Positions 9,378 through 19,482 are shown, numbered from the stretch's first letter. The stretch: 59,490 bases of DNA from Desulfobacca acetoxidans (GCA_020722205.1 DYLF01000005.1:1-59490), one strand, 5' to 3'. Numbers and translations: made by a program. The notes: a model not told the origin generated them from the letters alone.

Positions 9378-10211
9378 GTGAACGCCTGGATGATTAATGT
9401 TCTTTTAGGATTCTGCGTTCTTTGCTGGCCTGCTACTGGAGCCGCAGAGGGTTGGAGACACAGCGCTCCCCAGTGGCATACCTTGAGCAGGGGTCTTAGT
9501 TTTACTGAAACTCAGGTCTGGTTAAATGAAGAGCCGGTGGAACAGCTGGCTGTGGTCAAGATCGACCCCCACGCCAATTACTTTCGGGTGTTTCACCATG
9601 CTCCTCAGAGCATCGTTGACTGGCAGAAAGAACTGGGAGCAACGGTGGTGTTTAATGCCAGTTATTTCTGCCCAGGTGGCAAGCCATGCGGTCTGATCAT
9701 TGCCGACGGCCGGCCGCTGGGCCCACTGAAAAACCCACAGATGCGAGGGATGTTCGTAGCGGAGCCCAAGGGAATGTCGCCGGACCTGCCCCGGGCCACC
9801 ATCCTGGATCTGCGCCTCAACCCTGTAACCTTAAGCAATTTTCCCTGGAACCAGGGGGTGCAGTCCTATCCGCTGCTCCTGGATTATAAAGGCCGCATCC
9901 GGGTGGCCAGCAGCCGGAAGACGGCCCAGCGCACCGTGGTTGCCGCCGACCGCAACAGCAATATCCTGGTGTTCAACACCAGACAGTCTTATTTCACCCT
10001 CTACCAATTGGCCCGTTTTCTCAAGACCAGCGCTTTTGAGATCGACAGCGCCCTCAATCTGGACGGCGGCACCGAAGCTCAGCTTTTTATCAAGAGCGGC
10101 GAGTTCGAATATTTTTCTCCGCCGGGCTGGCACTCAGCCATGTATGATTTGCTTACACATCAAAAATTTTGGCTGACCACCGTTATTGGCGTGTTTCCCC
10201 GGCAGGAATAA
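9378..10211 (+). CDS. secreted phosphodiester glycosidase-like protein (DUF2233-like)
   Basis: N-terminal signal peptide (VLLGFCVLCWPATGAAEG). NASYF...GLIIADGR...QSYPLLL...RTVVAADRN...ALNLDGG pattern recalled as DUF2233/NAGPA-like. GTG start; an alternative ATG is at 9390. Confidence 0.55.
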   Translation: MNAWMINVLLGFCVLCWPATGAAEGWRHSAPQWHTLSRGLSFTETQVWLNEEPVEQLAVVKIDPHANYFRVFHHAPQSIVDWQKELGATVVFNASYFCPGGKPCGLIIADGRPLGPLKNPQMRGMFVAEPKGMSPDLPRATILDLRLNPVTLSNFPWNQGVQSYPLLLDYKGRIRVASSRKTAQRTVVAADRNSNILVFNTRQSYFTLYQLARFLKTSAFEIDSALNLDGGTEAQLFIKSGEFEYFSPPGWHSAMYDLLTHQKFWLTTVIGVFPRQE

Positions 10212-10219
10212 AAAAAAGG

Positions 10220-10247
10220 CGAAAATCAACGGGCAAGAGGCAAAAAA
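10220..10247. repeat. 7-nt tandem array CGAAAAT CAACGGG CAAGAGG CAAAAAA
   Basis: C followed by A-rich units at 10220, 10227, 10234 and 10241, directly after the stop codon at 10211. Confidence 0.6.
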
Positions 10248-10364
10248 TTTAAATTCTGCCATTTGGGGTTGCCATCCTTGGTAAAGATAAGTCAGCGACA
10301 AATGTTCCGTCAACTCTACGGCAGGATCCTTTAAGCTAAAATTCAGACGGAAAACCGAAGATCA

Positions 10365-11066
10365 TTGGTTTATCTCATTTTGGGGGCAGGAAAGTTTGGT
10401 CGGTTGGCTCTCAAGCGTTTGGCCTGGAAAGAGGCCGCCGCCAAATTTGTGGTAGTGGACCAGGAGGCTCGGGCTCTCAAGGAAGCCCAGGCGTTAAACC
10501 CTGAATCCGCTACCTGGATAGAGGCTGAGGCCGTCGCCTATCTGGCGGAGAATCTAAGCGCTCCCCCGCCGTGGAGCTGGGTACTTCCCATGGTGCCGGT
10601 GCATGTGGCCTATGCCTGGCTGCGGCGCACCGCCGCGGTGGGCCCCGATTGGCAGACACTGCCCGTGCCGTCAGCTTTGGAGGCCGTGGTACCGGTCTCT
10701 TTCAGGGGTCAGGAAGGACAACTTTATCTCAGCCGGGCTCGTCATCTCTGCCCGGACGATTGTCCCGAACCCCCAGAGGGCTGCCCGGTGAGCGGGATAA
10801 GGTGGGAAAGGCCTTTGTTTGAGGAATTACAGCGCATGTCTCTTCCGGGCTGGCGGGTGCTGGTGATCCCCAGCGAACAACTGGCGCCCGGTATCGGCGG
10901 CTATCGGCCCGAGCTGCTGCAGACTCTGGCCGAGGAGGTGGCGCAGGCTGACCCTCCGGCCTTTTTCTTAATCGTCACCGCCTGCCGCTGCCATGGGGTG
11001 GTGCATGCCTTGGGGCATGGGCAGCGAGCCCTAAGCCGTGAACCGCATGCTGAGGGCAGGGAGTAG
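10365..11066 (+). CDS. hypothetical protein with an N-terminal GxGxxG Rossmann-like motif and a Cys-rich CPDDCPEPPEGC segment
   Basis: 233-aa ORF with a TTG start. MVYLILGAGKFGRLAL dinucleotide-binding-like motif, plus HLCPDDCPEPPEGCPVSG and TACRCHG cysteine clusters. I do not recognise a family name. Confidence 0.5.
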   Translation: MVYLILGAGKFGRLALKRLAWKEAAAKFVVVDQEARALKEAQALNPESATWIEAEAVAYLAENLSAPPPWSWVLPMVPVHVAYAWLRRTAAVGPDWQTLPVPSALEAVVPVSFRGQEGQLYLSRARHLCPDDCPEPPEGCPVSGIRWERPLFEELQRMSLPGWRVLVIPSEQLAPGIGGYRPELLQTLAEEVAQADPPAFFLIVTACRCHGVVHALGHGQRALSREPHAEGRE

Positions 11067-11150
11067 CAATCTCAGCCAGCAGCGCTGGCGGCCGCTTCCT
11101 AACGATTGCGACTCAGAAAGATATCAAGGAATGGTTATTGCCGATAACTG

Positions 11151-12119
11151 ATGCCTGTCTCAAGGAGGAGCAGCGGGTTGAGTTTTTTCTTTCCTGGGAT
11201 AATGGGGACTTCGGCGTGCATGCAGGAGGTACAGCACCTCTTGGAGGTGGTGGCGCCCTCCGACGCCACCGTCTTACTGCTAGGGGAAACGGGCACCGGC
11301 AAGGAACTGGCGGCTCAGGCCTTGCACCTGAACAGCTTGCGCAGCCAAGGGGCCTTTGTGGTCGTAAACTGCGCCGCCCTGCCGGAGACCCTGTTGGAAA
11401 GTGAGCTCTTCGGCCATGAACGGGGAGCCTTCACTGGCGCCACCCATCGCAAGGACGGCCGCTTCCTACTGGCCCATAAAGGCACCATCTTCCTCGACGA
11501 GATCGGCGAAATGCAACTGACCACCCAAGCCAAGATCTTGCGGGTCCTGCAGACCAAAGAATTCGAACCCCTGGGCGGTACCAGAACTGCCAAGGTGGAC
11601 GTGCGCATCATTGCCGCCACCAACCGGCCTTTGGAGGAAATGGTGCGGGTGGGCAGTTTCCGCGAAGATCTCTATTACCGTTTGCACGTTTTCCCCATTA
11701 CCTTGCCGCCCCTCCGGGAGCGCCTGGACGATCTGCCGTTGCTGGTGGAGTATTTTCTCAAAAGATACCGGGAGAAATATCATAAAAGAGTACAAAGCCT
11801 GGCCCCGGAAGTCTTAACGGCCTTCCGCCGCTTCGACTGGCCGGGAAATATCCGGGAACTGGAAAACGTCTTGGAAAGGGGCGTTATTCTGTCCACCTCT
11901 GAAACCCTCACTGTTGATAATCTGCCTCCCTATATCCAGAGAGAGGCCCATAGACTTTGGAATGGGGACACAGAGCCCAGTTGGTCGGAGCAGGAGCGGG
12001 AATTCATCATCCGCACCTTAGAAAAACTGGCCAAAAACCGTCAGAAGGCCTCGGAAGTCCTAGAAATTTCCCTCGAAGAATTAAATTACAAGCTTAGGGC
12101 CTATGGGTTGGAGCATTAG
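11151..12119 (+). CDS. sigma54-dependent transcriptional activator lacking an N-terminal sensory/receiver domain
   Basis: Walker [15 protein letters not shown] signature (ERGAFTGA), Walker B FLDEIGE, and a C-terminal Fis-type HTH ([26 protein letters not shown]). An in-frame TAA two codons upstream of 11151 blocks any longer N-terminus. Confidence 0.85.
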   Translation: MPVSRRSSGLSFFFPGIMGTSACMQEVQHLLEVVAPSDATVLLLGETGTGKELAAQALHLNSLRSQGAFVVVNCAALPETLLESELFGHERGAFTGATHRKDGRFLLAHKGTIFLDEIGEMQLTTQAKILRVLQTKEFEPLGGTRTAKVDVRIIAATNRPLEEMVRVGSFREDLYYRLHVFPITLPPLRERLDDLPLLVEYFLKRYREKYHKRVQSLAPEVLTAFRRFDWPGNIRELENVLERGVILSTSETLTVDNLPPYIQREAHRLWNGDTEPSWSEQEREFIIRTLEKLAKNRQKASEVLEISLEELNYKLRAYGLEH

Positions 12120-12122
12120 ACG

Positions 12123-12794
12123 ATGATCTTTCCCCCTCTCATCTTTCTGGTCATGGTCGTGTTTTTCGTCATGGCCTTTATTATGCTGCCCTTTCTCTTG
12201 GTGGGTCTCATCGGGGGGGCTTTTATCAAATTGGGCCTGTCACCTCACATGATGTTTTGGCTGCTGATCCTGACCCTGTTGGGCAGCCTGGTAAACATCC
12301 CCATTCATACCCTGGAGACCACGGAGGTGATGGGGGGGCAGGTCATCTCCTATTTCGGCATGCGCGTGCGGCTGCCGGCCGCCCCTCGCACCCGCCGCAC
12401 GGTGTTGGCCCTGAATGTGGGCGGCGCAGTGATCCCGGCCTTTCTATCTCTGTATTTGTGGAGCCGCATGCCCTTTACTTTGGCCCTGCCGATATTGCTA
12501 AGCGGCATGATCGTTATCATGTATCACGTGGCGCGACCGGTAAAGGGGTTGGGCATCGCCGTCCCCGGCCTGATTCCGCCCGTTTTGGCCGCCCTGGGCG
12601 CTTGGCTGCTTTGCCCTGAGGAGCTTAGGGCACCCATCGCCTATATCGCCAGCACCATGGGCACCCTCATCGGCGCCGATCTCCTGAAGCTGCGGGAAAT
12701 CAACCATTTGGGAGCGCCGGTGGCCTCCATCGGCGGGGCCGGCACCTTTGACGCCATCTTCCTCAGTGGTATAATTGCCGTATTGCTCAGTTAA
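12123..12794 (+). CDS. polytopic membrane protein (DUF1614-like)
   Basis: 223 aa with several hydrophobic helices. The FIKLGLSP...LLGSLVNIPI motif is recalled as DUF1614. The gene starts 3 nt after the activator stop. Confidence 0.5.
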   Translation: MIFPPLIFLVMVVFFVMAFIMLPFLLVGLIGGAFIKLGLSPHMMFWLLILTLLGSLVNIPIHTLETTEVMGGQVISYFGMRVRLPAAPRTRRTVLALNVGGAVIPAFLSLYLWSRMPFTLALPILLSGMIVIMYHVARPVKGLGIAVPGLIPPVLAALGAWLLCPEELRAPIAYIASTMGTLIGADLLKLREINHLGAPVASIGGAGTFDAIFLSGIIAVLLS

Positions 12795-12884
12795 GCCATA
12801 TTTCAAAACGCCAAGTTGGCAGGAAAAAATTGGTGGGCACAGCCCACCCGATCTGCTAGTCAGGTCAGAAGGAGGCACAGGCAC

Positions 12885-13349
12885 ATGACAAACCAACAGC
12901 CAAGTTTAGGGAGGAGAAGGCACAATTGCCGGTCAGAACGTGGCTTGGCGCCGTTTTTGCTGATAGCTTTGGGCGTCCTGATCGTTGCCGGCTGGCGGGC
13001 GTTGAGCGGTGAAGGCATCAATCCCCGCTATGTGGCCAGAATCATAGACGGTAAGACCACCAAGCACGAAATCCTGCTATGGTTCGGAGAACCCCAGGAC
13101 GTGGATCGTTCTGCGGCCGGCGTGGTGTTCACTTACCATGGCTATGCGGATCCCCCTGCACAGATGAGTTCCAAACTTTACCACGAACCGCAGCCCCAGT
13201 CCACCACGCCTTTTTTTATCGACGAAAACAAAAACATCCAAAGGAAGACGGTAAAAAAAGAAGGCAAAATATTGAAGAACATCCTGACGGTGCGTTTCGC
13301 TCCAGGCAGCGACATCGTCTCCAGCCATGAGTTCAAGGAAAATCAATGA
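12885..13349 (+). CDS. hypothetical membrane-anchored protein
   Basis: The ATG at 12885 is preceded by GAAGGAGG (12867-12874). One TM segment (LAPFLLIALGVLIVAGW). The stop overlaps the folC start (ATGA). The ORF track start at 12816 is less likely. Confidence 0.55.
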   Translation: MTNQQPSLGRRRHNCRSERGLAPFLLIALGVLIVAGWRALSGEGINPRYVARIIDGKTTKHEILLWFGEPQDVDRSAAGVVFTYHGYADPPAQMSSKLYHEPQPQSTTPFFIDENKNIQRKTVKKEGKILKNILTVRFAPGSDIVSSHEFKENQ

Positions 13350-14647
13350 AAGGCTTTTCAGACCTAGGCCAGGCCACGGCCTGGGTTTTTAATTTACAAA
13401 AATACGGCATCAAATTCGGCCTCTCCTCCACTTACAATCTCTTGCAGCGCCTGGGTCTGCCGTATGAGCAAGGGCGCTACCTGCATATCGCCGGCACCAA
13501 CGGCAAAGGGTCGGTGGCAGCCATGTTGTCCGCCGTTTATACCCAGGCCGGGTATCCGGTCGGCCTCTTCACTTCCCCTCACCTGGTGCATTTCAGCGAG
13601 CGTTACCGCCTGAAGGAGCAGGAGGTATCACCGCTCCGCCTATTGCAGCTGATAAACCGGGTTCGGGAGGCGGTGGTCGAGGAGGAGCCACCCACCTTTT
13701 TTGAATTCGCCACGGCCATGGCCTTCCTCTACTTCCTTGAGGAACAAGCCTCTCCCATAATTCTGGAGACCGGCATGGGGGGAAGGCTCGACGCCACTAA
13801 CATCATCCATCCTGAAGTGAGCGTCATCACCAATATCTCACTGGATCACCAGGAATTCCTGGGCCGCACCCTGATGGCCATCGCCCGGGAAAAGGCGGGC
13901 ATTATCAAGCCCGGCGCTCCGGTGGTCACCGGGGTTCATCAGAAACGCCTGCTCGCCATGTATCGGCAACTCTGCCGGGAGGCAGCGACCCCGCTATATG
14001 TCAAAGGAGTCCACTTCCAAAGCCGCGGCCAGGGACAGGGGTGCTTCTCTTACCACGGGTTGGAACACCAGTTCCGCGGTCTCACCGTCAGTCTCGCCGG
14101 AAGGCACCAGTTCGCCAACGCCGCCTTGGCCCTGGCGGTTTTAGAGGTCATGCAACCGCGGGGGTTCCCGGTCGCGGAGACAGAAATTCGGGAGGGGTTG
14201 CGAAAGGCCCGCTGGCCGGGCCGCTTGGAGCAGGTGAGATCCGACCCCCGGGTCTGGCTGGATGGGGCCCACAACCCGGCCGCCGCTCAGGTGCTGGCCC
14301 AGAGGGTAAAAGAAAGCCGCGCCAACGGCCGGCTCATCATGGTCTTGGGGATGATGGCCGATAAGGACACGGCCGGCATCCTGGGACGCCTCCTGCCTCT
14401 GGCACATACCGTGATTTTTACCCGCCCCCGCTACGCCCGCGCCGCCGCCCCCGAGAGGCTGGCGCTCCAAGCCGAATCTTATAAAATCCAAACCTTGACC
14501 GAACCTCAGGTGCACCTGGCCATCCGACGGGCTCAGACTCTGGCCGGGCCACAAGACCGCATCCTCGTCACCGGCTCTTTATATACTGTCGGCGAAGCCA
14601 AGGAATACTTTGACCAGGTCAGAGTGGAAGGACACGGCGATTATTGA
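13346..14647 (+). CDS. folC: folylpolyglutamate synthase / dihydrofolate synthase
   Basis: 433 aa with the Mur-ligase P-loop HIAGTNGKGS and FolC-like overall pattern. Confidence 0.88.
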   Translation: MKGFSDLGQATAWVFNLQKYGIKFGLSSTYNLLQRLGLPYEQGRYLHIAGTNGKGSVAAMLSAVYTQAGYPVGLFTSPHLVHFSERYRLKEQEVSPLRLLQLINRVREAVVEEEPPTFFEFATAMAFLYFLEEQASPIILETGMGGRLDATNIIHPEVSVITNISLDHQEFLGRTLMAIAREKAGIIKPGAPVVTGVHQKRLLAMYRQLCREAATPLYVKGVHFQSRGQGQGCFSYHGLEHQFRGLTVSLAGRHQFANAALALAVLEVMQPRGFPVAETEIREGLRKARWPGRLEQVRSDPRVWLDGAHNPAAAQVLAQRVKESRANGRLIMVLGMMADKDTAGILGRLLPLAHTVIFTRPRYARAAAPERLALQAESYKIQTLTEPQVHLAIRRAQTLAGPQDRILVTGSLYTVGEAKEYFDQVRVEGHGDY

Positions 14648-14765
14648 TCTCTTGACCAAGATTAATCCACAGATTTCACAGGTTATTGTTTTCTGCTCTG
14701 AGCAATCTGCGGCTGCTGACTCTTAATCTGCTTAATCTATGAAAAAAATCAAGGATGGATATTAA

Positions 14766-15707
14766 ATGCGCCTATTAGTCTCGGGCTCGCTAGCCTATGA
14801 CCGGATCATGGATTTCCCCGGCCGTTTTGCGGACCACATCCTCCCGGAGAAAATTCATATCCTGAACGTTTGTTTCATGGTGAACGGTCTTTCCGAGAGA
14901 TTCGGGGGCACGGCTGGCAATATCGCTTACAACCTGACTCTTTTGGGGGAAAAGCCCTTGATTCTGGCGACGGGGGGCCGGGATTTCGGCCCCTACCGCC
15001 AGTGGTTGGAGCAGCTGGGTCTTTCCTTGGACGGCATCCGCCTCATCCCGGAAGAATTCACCGCCGGCGCCTATATTACCACCGACCTGGCCGACAACCA
15101 GATCACCGGCTTCAACCCCGGCGCCATGAAGCATCCGTCGCAATACTGTTTTGACGGCCTGGAGCCAGCAGCTTCCCTGGCTATCATTTCCCCGGGAAAT
15201 TTGGAGGATATGCTGACCTATTCTCGTCTCTATAAGTCCATGGGGCTGCCCTATATTTTCGACCCGGGGCAGTCCATCCCGGCCTGGCAGGGAACTGACT
15301 TGTTGGAGATGGCAGGAGGAGCCCTGGCCCTCATCGTCAACGACTATGAACTGGAGATGTTCCGGAATAAAACCGGTTTGGACCATGCCGGCTTACAGCA
15401 ATACACCCCGGTCATCATCACCACCCGGGGCGAGGAAGGCTCGGAAATTATCACCCCTGATGGCCGGGAGCTGATCCCAGCCGTACCTGCACGCCAGATC
15501 AAGGACCCCACCGGTGCCGGCGACGCTTACCGCGCCGGCCTCCTCAAAGGCCTGACCCTGAAACTGCCCTGGGGTAAGGCGGCCCGCTTGGGTGCGGTGC
15601 TGGCCAGCTTTGCCGTGGAACAGGCCGGCACCCAGGAACACCGTCTATCCCTGGCAGAGTTCCGGGAGCGCTTCCAGGAAAACTTCGGAGCGCCGCCACC
15701 CTGCTGA
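14766..15707 (+). CDS. PfkB-family carbohydrate/nucleoside kinase
   Basis: 313 aa. GGTAGNIAYNL N-terminal motif and the C-terminal PfkB signature DPTGAGDAYRAG. Confidence 0.8.
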   Translation: MRLLVSGSLAYDRIMDFPGRFADHILPEKIHILNVCFMVNGLSERFGGTAGNIAYNLTLLGEKPLILATGGRDFGPYRQWLEQLGLSLDGIRLIPEEFTAGAYITTDLADNQITGFNPGAMKHPSQYCFDGLEPAASLAIISPGNLEDMLTYSRLYKSMGLPYIFDPGQSIPAWQGTDLLEMAGGALALIVNDYELEMFRNKTGLDHAGLQQYTPVIITTRGEEGSEIITPDGRELIPAVPARQIKDPTGAGDAYRAGLLKGLTLKLPWGKAARLGAVLASFAVEQAGTQEHRLSLAEFRERFQENFGAPPPC

Positions 15708-16063
15708 GCACGGAATCTTTTTAACCTAAAGCTGACTTCTTGCCTCGCTGACGTCTGGCTTCCAACTGAAATCGGCGTCCAAAAATTTTCTTGGTGATCA
15801 AGTCTTAAAACCTCCGCAATTTTTCTTAACTTCGCCCCTGCTCCCTCTCATCAAGGGTATATCTTTCAAGTTTCAGAAAAAATTTTCCGAATAGGTAGTT
15901 CAAGTGATTACAAGCACACATGTAATTTTTGGAGAGAACCGCCTCCGGAAAAATTTCATCCCTTTTTGACTACAAAAGACCATAAAGTATGCAAAACATC
16001 TTATAATCCAGGTAGTTAACTACAACGGCCAAACCCTTTAGAACCAAACTCAAAAGTCAACCC

Positions 16064-17164
16064 ATGGTATTCGGACTTTTTACTCCAAACCTGGAAAAAA
16101 TTAAAAAAACCCGCAACATTCCCAAACTGCTCGGGTATCTGCACCATCCCAAATGGGAAGTCCGAAAAGGTGCTGCCCAAGTGTTGGCTGACATGAGAGC
16201 TGTGCAGGCCGTGGATATCCTGATCGAGTTGCTTCTGCGGGATTGGTGCGCCGAGGTCAGAGGCAGCGCCGCTCTGGCTCTGGGTGCAATACAGGATACC
16301 AGAGCCATCGCACCCCTGATTCAGAGTCTGACTGAGGTCATCATCAATATCAAAAAAAATGCCGCCCAGGCCCTGGTCCAGATGGGTGAGGCGGCCATTC
16401 CTGCCCTGACTGCAGCTCTCTCCCACAGAGATCCGGAAGTGCGCCAACAGATAGTCTGGGTCCTAGGAGAAATGGGAGATATGCAGACGCTCAAGCCGCT
16501 CCTTCGGGCTCTCCGGGACGATCACTGGACGGTGCGACAAGCCGCATTGAACGCCCTTAACAAATTAGACCAGCAGAGACCAGCCTGTCTCCAGGAGGTG
16601 TCAATCGTTCCCCATCTCCTCGCTGCCCTTTCCAAGAAGGAACTCAGAGATTGGGCGGTCCGTCTCCTGATCAGAATTGGGCGGCCAGCCGTGCCTACTC
16701 TGACAAAATTTGTCCAGGATGCCAAGCAGGAGAATCAGCCCTATATCGCGTGGATTCTGGGAGAGATCAGAGACCAGGAGGCCTTGCCGGGATTGTTGGC
16801 GGCTTTGATGTCCGACCAGGAGGATACGGTCGTGGCCGCCGCCGCTGCTTTGGAAAAGCTCGACCCCAACTGGCGACTGCGTCAGGAAGCCAGAAAATTT
16901 ATCTCCACGCTCCTTCAGGCTTTGCATGATCCCCAAGCAGAGAAACGCCGGCAAGCCGCCAAGGCTTTGCAATTCTTCAGAGAACCCACCGCTATTCCGG
17001 CCCTCCTTGATAGCTTAGCAGATCCTGAAGCGGCAGTGCAGACTGCCGCCGCTGCCGCCCTAGATGCCATCACCGGTAAATCCTACGGCAAAGATTTGAG
17101 CAGGTGGAATAAATGGTGGCGAGTGCACCAGGGGGATTATTCGACGTGCAACAGTTGTCCTTAA
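16064..17164 (+). CDS. HEAT-repeat (PBS-lyase-like) protein
   Basis: 366 aa made of repeated approx. 30-aa units (WxVRxxAAxALGxxxDxxAxxxLxxAL), for example DPEVRQQIVWVLGEMGD and DHWTVRQAALNAL. Confidence 0.75.
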   Translation: MVFGLFTPNLEKIKKTRNIPKLLGYLHHPKWEVRKGAAQVLADMRAVQAVDILIELLLRDWCAEVRGSAALALGAIQDTRAIAPLIQSLTEVIINIKKNAAQALVQMGEAAIPALTAALSHRDPEVRQQIVWVLGEMGDMQTLKPLLRALRDDHWTVRQAALNALNKLDQQRPACLQEVSIVPHLLAALSKKELRDWAVRLLIRIGRPAVPTLTKFVQDAKQENQPYIAWILGEIRDQEALPGLLAALMSDQEDTVVAAAAALEKLDPNWRLRQEARKFISTLLQALHDPQAEKRRQAAKALQFFREPTAIPALLDSLADPEAAVQTAAAAALDAITGKSYGKDLSRWNKWWRVHQGDYSTCNSCP

Positions 17165-17428
17165 AGATTTTGGCCAACCTCGCCCAATCGGGTATCTCTG
17201 GGACCTCGGAACCCCTTATAGAATGCACCTCAGCATAATCTTCTAAAACGGCTGTTTTTATCCCCTCACTCTAAGGGTTTCTGGGGGTTGGTTCCTTGGC
17301 CATATTGAGTATGTTCATGCGCCAAAAAGTAATCATCAATCTGCTGAAACCGTGTCTCCCATAAGTCCTACCTTTAAAAACAGAAGCCGTTCCGTTGGGA
17401 AACGCCAATAATCATATGCTTGGGAAAA

Positions 17429-17457
17429 TTGACACTATCACTATTAGAAGATAAGAT
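17429..17457 (+). promoter_or_regulatory. sigma70-type promoter candidate
   Basis: TTGACA (17429-17434), a 17-nt spacer, then TAAGAT (17452-17457), about 105 nt upstream of the 17562 start. Confidence 0.35.
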
Positions 17458-17561
17458 AACCGCTGAAGAAAAGTATCTTAAAGATGGAGTTAAAATCTTT
17501 CTTACCACTGCTCAGATAAGAATGAATTGGGTACCATGGGATTCCGCGTGGGGATAAGGCC

Positions 17562-18464
17562 ATGATCACCAAAAAAGTCAAGATTGTCGTCTCTCTCCTC
17601 ATCTTGTCGGGTGTTATCTTGGGAGTGGGGATTTTTTACTTTTGGTGGCCGAACATTACCAGATTTTTTGCCCCTGGCCAACGCTACGTCACCTATTTTG
17701 ACCAATCGGTGCAAGGTTTGAGAGAGGGTGCCGAAGTTCGATATCGGGGAGTGATGGTAGGCTGGGTGACGGCGGTCAAGGTGGCTCCGGACCAGAAACT
17801 GATCTGCGTCTATATGAAAATCAACCTGCCCGGAGACCTGAGGGAAAAGATGGTCGCCCAGCTGATGGTGACCAGCGTCAGCGCGCCGATATTTATTGAT
17901 TTACAGCCGCGGGACCCCAAGGCCAAGGACAAAACCCCTGAGATAAGTTTTAAACCGCCATTCCCGGTCATACCTTCCCAACCCACGGATATTGATAAGA
18001 TGCTGTCCGGCGTCAATATCATGGTGGAAAAAATCAGTGAGATTGACACCCGGGGAGTGGTGGATCAATTAAAATCCACGGCGGCAGAGATCGAGGTCTT
18101 TTTCCGGGGCAAACGCATGGAAGCCATCCTGACCAAGATTGAAAAAACCCTGGAAAATACCATGAACATCACCGCCCGAGTGGACAAGCTGCTGGCCGCC
18201 GGGCGGGTAGAAGACGTGCTGGTGGAGGCCAAAAACACCCTCCAGACCAGCCGCGGCCTTTTGGACAAGGTGCATAGCGATCTGGGAGAAATCAACTTCA
18301 AGGAGATGGTGGGCAAAACCTCCAGCATTGCCAGCGAGGTAAAAGCCGCCACTGAGAATGCCCGCCAGGCCACCGAAACCATGGGGGCCCTGTTGGACCG
18401 ACTCTATGACCGGCCACCTGACCTGCTCTTCGGTCAGCCCCCCAAAAAACGGTGGAATGAATGA
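17562..18464 (+). CDS. MlaD/MCE-domain protein
   Basis: 300 aa with an N-terminal TM segment (IVVSLLILSGVILGVGIFYFWW), an MCE-like core (GLREGAEVRYRGVMVGWV) and a helical C-terminus. Confidence 0.7.
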   Translation: MITKKVKIVVSLLILSGVILGVGIFYFWWPNITRFFAPGQRYVTYFDQSVQGLREGAEVRYRGVMVGWVTAVKVAPDQKLICVYMKINLPGDLREKMVAQLMVTSVSAPIFIDLQPRDPKAKDKTPEISFKPPFPVIPSQPTDIDKMLSGVNIMVEKISEIDTRGVVDQLKSTAAEIEVFFRGKRMEAILTKIEKTLENTMNITARVDKLLAAGRVEDVLVEAKNTLQTSRGLLDKVHSDLGEINFKEMVGKTSSIASEVKAATENARQATETMGALLDRLYDRPPDLLFGQPPKKRWNE

Positions 18465-18644
18465 AACTATTTTCCGGTTTCTGTCCGAGGTTTTGAATCA
18501 AAAATTAGCTTGTTGTTTAGGTGACGGCGGTTCATCCAGAATTGCCAGTAGGGTGCACTAGCGGTGCCCATAATTTCCGTCCAAATTTAATCTTTATTAA
18601 ATTTAACGGTGTGCCCGGCACACCTCTTGTCGGTAGGGGGAAAA

Positions 18645-19307
18645 ATGCCGCATCCGATCTATTTTTATCGGCTCTGGATAAGTAGAAATATGATGATGGT
18701 CATCCTGGTTCAGGTGTTTGCCCTGGTGGGCCTGCTTGGCTGCGGCCATCCGCCGGCACTGGTGTATAAATATATCCTGGAATATCCCCCGCCCACCCTT
18801 AGGGGTCTGCCCCCCTTGGAGGACAGTCTCAAGGTGCAGCAGTTTTTGGTGGCCCAGGAATTTAACAGCACCGCCATGGTTTATCGCCCCACCCCGTATA
18901 AAAGTGAAACCTACACCTACCATCGCTGGCGGGTCAGCCCCGGCTATCTGGTGACCGACTACCTCCTACGCGACCTCAGAAGCGCCGGCCTTTTTAAGGC
19001 CGTTTTCCCGGGCGACAGCAGCAGTAAGAGCCGCTATCTGCTGGAAGGGGGAGTGGAGGAGATTCAGGAAATCGACAACCCTGCCGGCTGGAACGCCTCT
19101 CTTAAGCTGACGGTCACCCTACTGGATCAGGAAGAACCAGAAATCACCAAAAGAGTCCTCTTCCAGAAAAACTTTCAGACCCTGGAACCTATGTTGGATA
19201 AAACCCCTCAGGGATTGGCCGAGGCTGTCAGCCGGGCGATGCAGAGACTCTCGGAGCAGATTTGCTTGGCGGTTTATCAGGCTGCCCGGAAAGTCAGCGC
19301 CAAGTGA
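18645..19307 (+). CDS. PqiC/DUF330-like ABC-transport auxiliary lipoprotein
   Basis: Lipobox LLGC after a hydrophobic segment, and a YHRWRVSPGYLVTDYLLRDL motif typical of the DUF330/PqiC family. The ATG at 18645 follows a GGGGGA SD. Alternative starts are 18609 (GTG) and 18690. Confidence 0.65.
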   Translation: MPHPIYFYRLWISRNMMMVILVQVFALVGLLGCGHPPALVYKYILEYPPPTLRGLPPLEDSLKVQQFLVAQEFNSTAMVYRPTPYKSETYTYHRWRVSPGYLVTDYLLRDLRSAGLFKAVFPGDSSSKSRYLLEGGVEEIQEIDNPAGWNASLKLTVTLLDQEEPEITKRVLFQKNFQTLEPMLDKTPQGLAEAVSRAMQRLSEQICLAVYQAARKVSAK

Positions 19308-19453
19308 GCCAAAGATCTGAAACTCGCCGGCCAGCCTGATGGCATCGCCGAAACGCCCATGAAAGATGAATCTCCCTTGCAATCAGGTTACACTTTTTAT
19401 AAATTTCTTGGCGGCCGACCAGGAACCTGCTCTTTTTTGTCAAAAAAAATTTA

Positions 19454-19482
19454 TTGACATTGAATTTGAGATTACTATATAT
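19454..19482 (+). promoter_or_regulatory. strong sigma70-type promoter candidate for the tRNA-tuf transcription unit
   Basis: An A-tract (CAAAAAAAATTTA) is followed by TTGACA (19454-19459), a 16-17 nt spacer, and TATATA/ATATAT (19476-19482). This is an AT-rich island about 50 nt upstream of tRNA-Thr. Confidence 0.5.
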
